A DNA stretch of 64,000 bases from Pelomyxa schiedti (Eukaryota; Protista; Evosea), in assembly GCA_020536535.1 (NCBI GenBank), contig JAHLWZ010000848.1, positions 1 to 64,000 on the forward strand. The letters are read 5' to 3'. This document shows positions 1-14,300 of the stretch, one piece after another. The translations under genes and the position numbers were made by a program. Numbering within the stretch: the stretch's first letter is position 1; every line of letters starts with the position of its first letter. The notes beneath the pieces were generated by a model. It had not been told where the DNA came from, ran no database searches, and worked only from the letters and a program-made list of their open reading frames with translations.

Positions 1-181
1 GTCCATGAACGAACCTGTAATACAACTCTCCATAAAGAGTGTGGGAATCAGCAGCGTAAGAAATGAGTGTTGACCCGTCGGTCGTTGCACCCTTGCTCAC
101 AATGAAGTTCGTGCATCCTTGGGCCACTCCAATCACAAAAAGCGCCACCCACACCACTGTCTTTGTCGCAGATCCGGCCAT
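1..181 (-). CDS. Peptidase C69 (dipeptidase/secernin-like Ntn hydrolase), 5' part only
   Basis: Not in the ORF track. The minus strand from ATG 181 reads MAGSATKTVVWVALFVIGVAQG-CTNFIVSKGATTDGSTLISYAADSHTLYGELYY: a signal peptide followed by the N-terminal Cys motif of C69 peptidases. GT donor at ~14. Confidence 0.75.
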   Translation of the reverse strand, partial: MAGSATKTVVWVALFVIGVAQGCTNFIVSKGATTDGSTLISYAADSHTLYGELYYRFVHG

Positions 182-421
182 GCGCCAACACCAAACACAA
201 CGCCTTTTTTCTTTTTAAGCGTTCAACCCCAAAATTCTTCCTTAGAAGAATCTCTGAAGAAATCTCACAGAAAGAAGTCGCTCTAATTCCACAATTTTTG
301 GTCCATGCTGGACCAAGGATGATGAGGCAGGGGAGTGCTGTCTTTGGGTGATAGAGTCCTGAGAAGATTCACCAAGCAACAGAATCATCAATTAATAAAA
401 GCAGACGATCAAGCATCTCAA

Positions 422-2491
422 ATGAGGATCTGCGTCGTGGGGTGTACGCACGGGTGCATGAGGGCGATATATGACGCTGTGGCCCAGATATCCCCTCCTG
501 TGGATCTGGTCATTTGTTGTGGAGATTTCCAGGTTGGCTGGGAGTGTGTTCCTTTCGTACAAGCTAAGAGCGCGTGTCTTTAGGCTGTGAGGAATAGCTA
601 TGACTTGCAATGCACGGCTATTCCCCCAAAATACCGGAAAATGGGTGACTTCATAGACTATTACACAGGGAAGTTTAAGGTTCCCGTGCCCACTATATTC
701 GTTGGGGGGAACCACGAGGCATCGAACCATCTGTTTGAAATGTAGTAGTAGCTCACCTGACCTTTCCTCCTTAAGACTGACATTTCACCTCAGGTACTAT
801 GGAGGGTGGGTGTGCGAGAATGTATTTTACCTTGGGCACTCCGGTGTTGTTTCCTTCGGTGGTCTCCGAATTGCAGGGTGTTCTGGAATTTACAAGCCCT
901 ATGATTACAGAGCAGGTTTGCACAGCCATTTTTTTGCAATCTTGGTGTTTAATTGCATAATTAAATTAATTTAAGGGTACCAAGAAGTCCGACCAAATAA
1001 CTGTAGGAATGCCTTCCACCTTCGAGAATTTGAAGTGATGAAACTGATGCAGGTTTTTTCTTGAGGAGTCTTGACTACAGGTTTTAATAATAAGAAGATA
1101 AAGCAACCAGTTGACATCTTTGTCTCCCATGACTGGCCCCAGGGAATTTTGGAGTTTGGGGACTTCGAGTCCTTGTTCAGACTAAAACCTTTTTTTCGCC
1201 CAGAGGTTTGCATAACTGAATTTCGAATTAAATTGATTGTTACACTTGAAAATAGCGCACAACCTTGGGGAGCCAGCCACTAAGGCTTCTGCTCAACACA
1301 CTTCAACCCAAATACTGGTTTTCCGCTCACTTGCACGTGCGATTCACTGCCAGTTGTCCAGTTTGTATTTTCCCTTCTTCCTTGAGACGGTTAATAATCG
1401 TTGTAGCATCCCGGTTCCTCCACTGCCAGAACGACAGAATTCCTCGCTTTGGACAAAATTGGTCCCAAGCGGGACTGGCTAGATGTATGCATTACATCTT
1501 TGAATACATTCCGTTATACCCACTCTATTGATAGGTTTTAGATGTTGAAGCCCCCAATGACAGTCGCTCCATTCAATACGACCCCGAGTGGCTTGCTATT
1601 TTACATTCAAGTTTTTTATACCTGCCCATTGGGGGAAAGATGTATATCCTATGCTACGTTATATTCTATTAATTTCTCATCGCAAAAGGTGTCCTATGCA
1701 TTGTCTTACTATTGCGAAATCGACTTGCGATATCTCAAAAAATAATACAGTACTCACTCCTCCGCCATTTCACCCGTCCAACAATCAAGGCAAAATTCCC
1801 ATACGAAGATCGAGTCTGACTTTCCATAGGTTCGCACAAAGAGGAACTCTACAACTTCTTGTTGTCACTCTTTGGGCCATTTCCGCAAGTAGGCTCATCC
1901 ACAAGCACTACCCAGGAGAATGTCACAAACAATCCAGAGGAAATTTCATTGAGTGATGACTGCCCTCCAGAAAGAAATGAGGTTGACTCTACAAAAGACG
2001 ATTACATCCCGCTCTCAGCAGCCAAAGTGCCACCCCTGAATAAGGTCAGCACAGCATCAACTCCTGCTCACCAAGATGAACCGCCTGATCAAAGTAACTG
2101 GCGGACAACCTTACCTACAGCACCACTTCCAAAGAGGTCACGCATGGTACTACCCCCTCCAATTCACAACGACCCTCCCACAACAACCCGCACCCAAGAA
2201 AGCAACACCCTTTCATCTGGGCACACAAGCCCTGAAGAACCAGAAGCACCCGCACTGCCTCTCCCACAAAACGAACCCGGTTCTAGCCGGCTACTATCTT
2301 CCATCATGTTTCTCCCACCTCCGGTACACACTACAACCAAAATACAACAACACACTCAGCCGGATCCACCCACTACTGATACCACAAACCCAACACCGAT
2401 AGTCACCACTTCAGATAGCACAGCAACAATAACTACCACTACCACAAGCAACAACGAAGTTGTAACGACCAGCTCCCCTAACAACCAGTAG
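422..2491 (+). CDS. DBR1: RNA lariat debranching enzyme (multi-exon)
   Basis: Motifs GCTHG, CCGDFQ, GGNHE, YYGGWV, SHDWP, WFSAHLH and NPEEI joined across GT-AG introns; Pro/Thr-rich tail. Confidence 0.93.
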
Positions 2492-2540
2492 TGACTTACA
2501 CACTCACAAAAAAAAAAGAAACTCTTTCCAAAAAAGTATT

Positions 2541-4093
2541 TTATTCCTTATGGCTTGTTGTTGGTATAGCTGTTGGCTTTGTTGTAGGTGATGTTGTGGA
2601 TGATGCAGAGGTGATGGGAGGAAATGAGAACTGGGCTGCTATGCAGCAGTGGTCAGAGGGGTAGTATTTGTTTGGGAGGAGACCATCCAGCTGGGGGTCA
2701 GTGATGGTGACAGGTTCCAGCATCGCCTTGAGCTGCAGTGTGTCTGGTGTGTACCATATGTAGTCTAAACAGCCTGCATAATGATGTGGTGAGAATTGGT
2801 TGCGGGTAAATCCTCTTGTCCAATAGGTAGGGAATGAAGGAATTATGTACCGCAAAAACCGGGAGTAAAATTCGTGTGTGGTTCTCCAAGGCATTCATAT
2901 ACACTAGAAATATCAACGCTGATTACGGATTAGATAGAGGGATGGCGCAGCGAATGGAGTTTCAACTTATGTCTCAGCTCAGTTAGAATTCCTTTGTAAG
3001 TGTATCTCTGCAGGTCTACTGGGTTCGGTGGGAGGAATTTGGAGTGCAAGAAGTGATATACAGAAGAATCAGGGGTGCTATTTAAATCTCCGCCAAATAC
3101 AATCTTATTCACGTTGTTTGTTGCACAGAATTCTTTGACTTTGGTCATAAGAAGATATGCTTGTAATACTTTGACTGTGTTCCGGCAGTGAGTAACGTGG
3201 AAATTGGAAAAAGGAAGTTACTGTCGGTGAGCTTCGGGTCCCAGTATAAGTGTGCAGAAATAATTAATACATTGGACCTGGTTGCATTGTCCATAAGCAG
3301 GAGAAGCAAGGCAACATTCCCGGTCATTGTGCGGTGGATGATCCCCAAATTTTTAACTATGAGTGAATCGGCAAGACTATTAAAATAAACAGTTTCCTCT
3401 TTCTTTATTGTATATCTGATAATTGGTTTATCCTAATCATACAAGATTTTTAAGGCTATACCTTTCCCGTTTGAAGAATATGGCACACCCGTCACCAGAG
3501 CCGGGCCTTTGCGCAAACGCCACATTATAGTCCACCAATTCCGCCTTTATGTCAAGAATGCGGTCCATTTCCTATCACCTGGCTTGAATCAAGCCCGCCT
3601 CAAAAAGTCCAACAAGGAATACCTGAAGTGACAATATGTCGGGATTGTAAGCCCTTATTTCGTGCAGAATGCGGGGCATCCTGTACCTCCAATTCAGATA
3701 GGAGTTAGAACAGTGCTTCTGAAACCCAGCATATCCATCAGCAAGAACCTAAATAAAATATGTTCATCCAGTTAAGGGGGGAAAGATATAACAATAAAAC
3801 TGGAATTTTAATGTAACCCATAATCCATCACAACATACATTGTAGGTCATGAACGTAAAGGACAAAGCAGACAACGCCAACCCGCCTCCCACAATGCCAT
3901 TTGGGGTGCCAGTGGAACTGACATCAGCACCATCACAACTGCTTGTTGATGAGGTCGATGGGGGCGGCGTGGCGGACGGTGAGATCGGATCAGGGGGCGA
4001 TGCTGAGGGGGGATTATGGGACGAGGGTGGGATGATGCGCCAGCCACGCACGCGGCACCACGAGCCACGCCCTGGCGTTTGTCCAGTGTACAT
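2541..4093 (-). CDS. CCR4/nocturnin/Angel-family EEP phosphoesterase without LRR (start may lie up to ~4220)
   Basis: Motifs TYNV, LSLQE, DGCAIFF, AHLYWDP, GGDLNSTPDS, GCLDYIWY and PSDH across spliced exons. Confidence 0.88.
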
Positions 4094-4432
4094 CGCGTGT
4101 TTGGATCTGAAGGGTGTTAGTGGAAGTTATGGATTGGAGGAGGACAGACTGGGATTTCGCAGCTCATTTCTTCTGGGTTTTTGGACCCACTATGAGGTCC
4201 TAGGGGGTCTTTACTCATGGAAGGTCCTGAGTCCAGAGAGCCATCATTGTTTTTCCTTTTCATAAACTTAAAGTTAAAAAAAAGTCGTGCCAACTAGCAG
4301 AGACTTGAAAGTTTTGCCAAGTTTCGGCAAGTCAAACCGAAACTCCATGGCTGCACAAAACAAAAACGGGAATAACCCCTGCCACAACATTATAAACCAA
4401 ATACAAAACAACAACCAAACAAATAACAACAA

Positions 4433-8098
<3,666 letters not shown>

Positions 8099-8939
8099 CC
8101 ACCCCCCACCCAACCTTGTGAAATAATAAAGATCCTTGTTTATGTATTTAAAGTCCAATTCTAAGCAGTGTTTGAGTGGCATGAACACAAGGAACACAAT
8201 ACCTCTAAGTTGGAGAGAGCTAAGACACAGCAGTTACGGAAGGAGAAAGGACGCAGTTTTGAAAGTCCAAGATCCATAACCCTGCATGGTGGGGACAGAT
8301 AGCAAGGGAAGCTTTGTTTGGTGTTAGCACCATTTTGAGGAATTATTAAAAACGACAGTTACAGACACATATCTGGATCAATGGGCGGTGATTTTTTTTC
8401 CCGATCAAGTTCCTGTAAACGGCTCTGCCCCGTTTTTTTGGGCGGTGATCCAGTCAAAAAGCTGTCTAAAATCACTGCCCGGGGCGGTGATAAGTGGTTT
8501 GCACCTAGCTGTTATTCCTCACTGCAAAAGGCCTGGTCTTGCTTATTTGTCCCAGACAAACACGATGGGGTTATTTGATCCCTGTGTTACTGGGTATAAT
8601 AGTGAAGATCTTGTTCTAGTACTAAAGACAAGAAAAAAAAATTGGTTGTTGCATAGTGATGGGACGCAATAAACCAACGAGAGCAACAACTGAGGTAGAC
8701 ACAGGAACGTCGTTATTGGTGCCTCCAAGTGTGGTGACAAATGCGTTGTTGGGTGGGACGCTGGGGGAGGTGACGACAGCAGCAACAGGGGGAACAATGG
8801 TGGTGACAACAGGGGCAACAACAGGGGCAACAAATGTGGTGAGTGCTTTCAGTGGGGCAGGGACCGGCGTGGTGGCGACTGGTGCGGCAGTGAAATGTGT
8901 GGTGGCTGCCATGGGGGGAGCTACAACATTGGTGACAAG

Positions 8940-9095
8940 TGCGGCAACAGGTGCGGCGACGGGTACGGCGATGGGTGCGGCGACGACTGTGGCGACGGGT
9001 GCAGCGACGACTGCGGCGACGGGTGCCGCGACGGGTGTGGCGACGACTGCGGCGACGACTGTGGCGACGGGTGTGGCAATGAGTGCCAGGATGGG
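8940..9095. repeat. 12-bp minisatellite, ~13 units, consensus TGCGGCGACG(GG/AC)
   Basis: Units read directly: tgcggcgacggg, tgtggcgacggg, tgcagcgacgac, tgcggcgacgac and similar. Confidence 0.85.
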
Positions 9096-9576
9096 TGTGT
9101 GTGACTGGTGGGATGAGTGCAACAAAGGGTACTTCAACTAGATTGCTACAACAGGTGCCACACACTACTACAGTGTTGTCCGCTTTAGCTAACAAACAAT
9201 CAGCAGCACCTGCTTCCTCTCAATCAGCCACCAGAACCTAAAAAACCTAAACATTCACATGCTCTTCATGTACCACATAGACATGCACCCTCAACCTCAC
9301 TTCAACATTTTGGATCACCAAGGGATTACCCTGTTTCCAGCTTGGATGATGATTATGTTGTTGAGGAAGGCTCTCTTCATCAGACACACACAACACTTGG
9401 GAGTGCTTATTGCGACAAATAGTGGCTTTAACTGGCCTGTCAGCACTGTTAAATATTGAGTTAGATTAAGAGCAACATAAAAAAAAGTTTTTTTCTTGTG
9501 GTTAACCCAGGGCGGTGATTTTACTGACTGGCTTATGTGCTCAACCACCGCCCAGGGCGGTGATCAGATTTGACTG

Positions 9577-9648
9577 CAAAAAGTGCATCATCACCGCCCA
9601 AAATCACCGCCCGGGCGGTGATTTTGGGCGGTGATGATACACTTTTTG
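9577..9648. repeat. 72-bp loopless palindrome with 1 mismatch
   Basis: caaaaagtgcatcatcaccgcccaaaatcaccgccc|gggcggtgattttgggcggtgatgatacactttttg, centred at 9612/9613. Confidence 0.92.
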
Positions 9649-9685
9649 ATAGGGAAAAAAATCACCGCCCACTGATCCAGATATG

Positions 9686-10981
9686 AAGCTGTGTAGACCT
9701 GTGTGCAGACCAGAGAAGGTCATGTCCCCAAAAGAAAAAGAGATGGTGGGGGAGGAGATCGATACGATGCTGCGGCTGGGTGTGATTAAGGAGGGGGCCA
9801 GCGAATGGGTGGCCCCATTGTCACTGTCCACGAAAAAGGATGGCAGCATGCGGCTGTGCACAAACTTCCGGGGGCTGAACAGGGAGACCCTCAAGGATAA
9901 CTACCCTCTCCCAAATGTCTTCGAGGTCCTTAAATCGCTCAACGGACACTGTTGGTTCTCCACTCTGGACCTAATGGCAGGTTTCTGGCAAGTACCAGTG
10001 GCCAAAGAAGATGTGCACAAGACGGGGTTCGTGTGCCATCGAGGTCAATTCCTCTTCAACGTCATGCAATTCGGCATGCAGAATGCATCCCAGACTTTCC
10101 AGTGACTCATGGAGCGCTGTTTGGCAGGTCTCCTGGGGAAGGTGTGTGCTGTGTACATCGACGACATCATCGTGATGGGGCACACGTTTGAAGAGCACCT
10201 GCAAAACCTGAGAGCCGTGTACACCCGGCTGAGAGGGGCAAAGTTGAGGGTGCGTGCACTGAAATGCAGCTTGGTCAACCGTGAAGTCAGCTACCTGGGC
10301 CATATGGTGTCTGAGAGGGGTGTGCAAATGGACGCGGGCAGAATCAAGGTGATTACTGGCTGGCCGAGGCCAAGGCAATGGACCGGGGAGCTAGAAACAT
10401 TCGTAAACATGGTGAACTACTACGCAAGGTTTGTGCCAGACTTCGCCATAGTGGCGGCACCACTGAGAGAGCTGGGCGTGAAAGGCGCGCCATGGGTGTG
10501 GGACGAGCGCTGCGAGGAAGCGTTCACACACATTAAGCACCTAATTGCCAAGAAACTCCTGCTTGAGTCTCCAGATTACAGCTCAGAGTTCAGGCTGGAA
10601 ATTCACACGGACGCTAGCAAGGTGGGAATGGGGGCCGCGCTGGTACAAATGGACGCGAAGGGAGCGGAACACATTATCGAGCTTGCAAGCAGGGTCACCA
10701 CGCCCCACGAAAAGAAGTACGATACTGTGTGTGAGCTAGAGGCGGCGGCGGTCGTGTGGGCACTCAAGAAATTCCGCAGCTATATACACGGAGTCGGATG
10801 TGTTGTCAAGACAGACAACAAAGCCCTAACCTGGATGCAGAACCAGGAACACCCGTGTGCCAGGGTTGCCCGCTGGCAAATGCTGCTGGACGATTATGGG
10901 GCTGTAGTGGAATTTAGGCCGGGAAAGCAGTCGGGGGATGTGGACGCAATCAGCAGGATGCCACAGGTGTTTGTGGGTTAG
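9686..10981 (+). pseudogene. Ty3/Gypsy LTR-retrotransposon pol fragment (RT + RNase H), inactivated
   Basis: RT motifs KKDG.MRLC, YPLP, FSTLDL..GFWQV, YIDD, YLGH; RNase H motifs TDASK.GMGA.L, ELEAAAVVWAL, TDNKAL, RVARW, DAISR. In-frame TGA at 10103-10105. No gag, protease, integrase or LTR seen. Confidence 0.92.
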
Positions 10982-11341
10982 ACCTCGAAACTATCATGCC
11001 ACAACTTCTTATGCACTACCACATACCACAACAGTTTGCCCACAATCAAACAGGTTTTTTGAAATCAATTTAGGAGAATGATACAATCTGATTGTACTTT
11101 TTTTTTCCGGCACCCGTCCGGTTACCACCACTTTTTGGGTTTCCTCAGTCCCAGTGCCTCCTTTTTCACTGGGAACCAAGGGAAACACTGCTCACAGCTC
11201 AGTACTACCTTCTCCCCCTGGTTCGACACGATTTTGACACCATCCGGACCAGATCCAGAATTTTCTTGTGTTTTTTGGGTAGAGTTGGTTTGACCCCCAA
11301 CTTTGCTTGTGTCTGTACACTCTTGCGGAAAGCGGTTATCT

Positions 11342-14300
11342 TCACCTGCCAGACTGTATGTCCAAAACACGCTGTCTGCAGCCACAGGTACACTTGGATA
11401 TTATTATGCCAGTGCCCCTGCACCAGTAGTTGTCCACCACTGGGCACTTACACCTGTCAAACTGCATCCAGCAGTGTTTGCACACAGACAGAGGAACCTC
11501 ATACACACACTTCACTCCCTTTGTATATTGTGGTTGTGTCCGCAAGGACTGCTGGGTGCACGGGTAGCTGCTGGGCCCAGGCCCCTCCAGTATTTCCACT
11601 CTGTTGTCCAAGAGGATCCGCAGGAGAGTCGGGCTGGGGCACAAGAACCGGCCTATCCTGTCCAGCGCGAGCGGCAGCAGGCTGTGCAAGAAGCTCCCGC
11701 GGCCCACCCGCGGGAACCTCGCCGCGCACAGCAGCAGCACCGCGGCGTCGGCGGACCGCAGGGCCCCCGCCACCCTGTGGATGTCATAGTGCCGCTGGGT
11801 GTGCACCCGGATGAGCAAGCACCGCCGGGCGTCGGGGATGTGCACGGCGGTCTGCGGCGGGTGCACCTCGAGCTGCCCGGGGCCCAGCCCGCATGCCTGC
11901 GGGAGTGCGGCTTGGAGCGCATTGGGCAGGTCCATGCTGAAGAAGGGGTAGATGGGGTCAGGGACTAGGATTGTCAGGGCGGTGGTTTCGCCCACCGGGG
12001 CGCAGCAGCAGGTGGCCACCAAGAGTTTCGGTGGGCTGATTTCGTGCCTGTAGTGGGAAGCTGCGATGCAGCCGCGGCAGTAATTACGGGAGGAGGAGGG
12101 GCCGTCGCATGTGATGCATGAGTGGAATTGGTTAAAGTGGTAGCAGGCGAAACAGAGGGTATCAGGATCATGGGATTGGCATATCTTCCCTCCTGCGGAG
12201 TTTGGGGGAGCCGGCGCTCCAAATTTGGGCGGGCTTGGGGTGCTGTATCGAAGTAGTTTCGTGTAAACATCAATATAGAGCTTGTGTGCCTTGCTATACA
12301 TTGAAAATGATTCCAAAATTGGCAATTTGTCAAGTTGTGATTGGGCACTTTGGGCAGAAGGAGTGTCATGCACAGACTTCTTTAGAAGATACAAAAGAGG
12401 TTCTACAGTATTTGGGTTACACGTCTTCATCTTTGTGATAATTTTTCCAACGTTACAAAAGGAGTTGATAGCCTCACAACCAAATGGAGTGCTGGAGATG
12501 AAACAGAGTGTCTTCAGCGCTGAGGAGCATAATTTTGCTTGGGATGGGCAGAGTGCTCCAAAGCAAAAGGAAACAAATTCACGTCGCACCAGTTCTACAA
12601 CATTGCAAACCAGATAGCTGGGATGCAATTGTGCGACGACACGGAAGGCCCACTTACACCACCTGGCATTTCGAGAGAGTTTGCCCTCTTTGCTGAGTAT
12701 ACTGGCAATGATCTCGATTGATGGATTTACGGCTTTGACCTGTTCCAGGGATAAACTGTGGTGCAAGGTCTTCAATGCTAAAATTTGCACTTTAAATAAG
12801 CCTGGATATTTCTTCATCACGAGGAGAACATCTTCCCAGAGGGTGCCTGAAGAAGAGCCTAAGAAGTAGCAGGCAATTCCCCTCCAGACTGCATTAAAGG
12901 AGACTCGCTGAAGGTAGGAGAACTGTTCTAATAATACTTGAATGTAACCCAAAAAGGTTTCTCTGGGGATATTGTGCGGCTGAAGATAATTGAAGGTACG
13001 AACTAGCATTTCCAAGGCTTCTTGCTGTATCTGCTTTTCTTTTTTTTTAATATTTTCTGCCAGATGTGGAAGCATATCTATTATACCCAATTTCAATGCC
13101 TCTTCAAGCCCAGATTTAAATTTGATTAACTGTAGAAGAGATCTCCATGTACTCTGTGAGATATACCCGTCAACACTCAGGACGAATTCAAGAAGGAGTT
13201 CGACTAATGGAAGTGGTATGGAAAGGGAATTTCTGCAATCTTTGCTCAGAGAAGTAGTCATCATATCTACTAAATCAGCTGCCGTCTTGGAGAAGGAGTG
13301 ACGTGGGAAGAGTTCTGGGATGTTTTGCATGACAGGCAGAAAAGAAGATGACTCTGATTTTGATAACAATAACATATGTTCATAAGCCCTGTGGGAAAGT
13401 ATGCTAAATTCGCCTGATAACATTGCAGTGATCACTGGTTGTAGTTCACTCGGCACATAGGTACTCTGCTCGGATGTTATGAAGGCTGCAAGTGTACGCC
13501 ATAGATAATACACTTCACTTGTAGTTGGAGTAGACCCTAACATTTCTATTGCTGTAATAACTACAGGCTTCATTTTAGAGGCAACAATATCCTTCATGAG
13601 GTTGTCCTGGACAAGTCTCAGCACAGCTTTACATCCAGTGACTATGCTTTTTGAATCCACCAGCACTGCTACAAGGATATCTAGAGCACCCATGTCCACC
13701 AGGTGTGGCACACTTAAAACAGCCATGCACTCTATAAATGTACACACTTCAGAGTGAGAAAACGGGTTGCACTGGCGATATAGAGAGAAGAAAGCTTCAG
13801 AAATCCAGGATATGTCCTGGAGAGCTGCAGCCGATTCTCCAATGTAGCAAATAGTATGTGATACCACCTTGACTGCATAACCTGGCAGTTTCGGCAAAGC
13901 TGTGGATGTGCTCCTTAGGAATCCAACAAGATCATGCAGAATTTTAACTGCCTCGTTAACTTCTAGATGACATTCAGAGACATGGGCAATCACTTCCCAC
14001 GCGGTGTCACTTATTGTCCTCAATGAAAGCATAGTGTCCAAAACAGCTCGATGTGATTCAAACCTTGGGTAGTTCACTAATGCAAGTAGAACAGATAAGG
14101 CAAAATGTTGAAAAGCCCCCATTCTGTATATAGCTTTAAGGACTGCTTGAACCGCTGGGTAAATTGTGGAGAATTGGCGATGGGGAGCTCTGAGAAGTAC
14201 AAGCATTATTTGGCAGCAAACTATTTGCACATCAACATTGTATGGGTGAGAATTCAGTACTACTACGACAACTTCCATAAAGCCACCAGAGAGATATGAT

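Larger units (their letters stand above)
8368..9685. mobile_element. Non-autonomous TIR DNA element (MITE-like) with subterminal repeat arrays
   Basis: Inverted repeats at 8368-8408 and 9646-9685 (CATATCTGGATCARTGGGCGGTGATTTTTTT..CCCKATCAA; 2 mismatches, 1 indel); about 12 GGCGGTGAT-type motifs clustered at both ends; no transposase ORF. Confidence 0.8.

Noticed and set aside
8384-9670. ATCACCGCC/GGCGGTGAT motifs resemble lambda operator half-sites or a CRISPR-like array
   Set aside because: Spacing is irregular, there are no unique fixed-length spacers and no cas or phage genes; subterminal transposon repeats explain them.
10103-10105. TGA as programmed readthrough or a variant genetic code
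   Set aside because: TGA ends normal genes here (PIWI, gelsolin fusion, PNKP), and the element shows other signs of decay.
11303-11968. Long plus-strand ORFs opposite GC-rich or low-complexity exons (also 16823-17317, 20529-21146, 34136-34675, and minus-strand 56018-56766)
   Set aside because: Shadow ORFs caused by stop-poor composition antisense to real genes.
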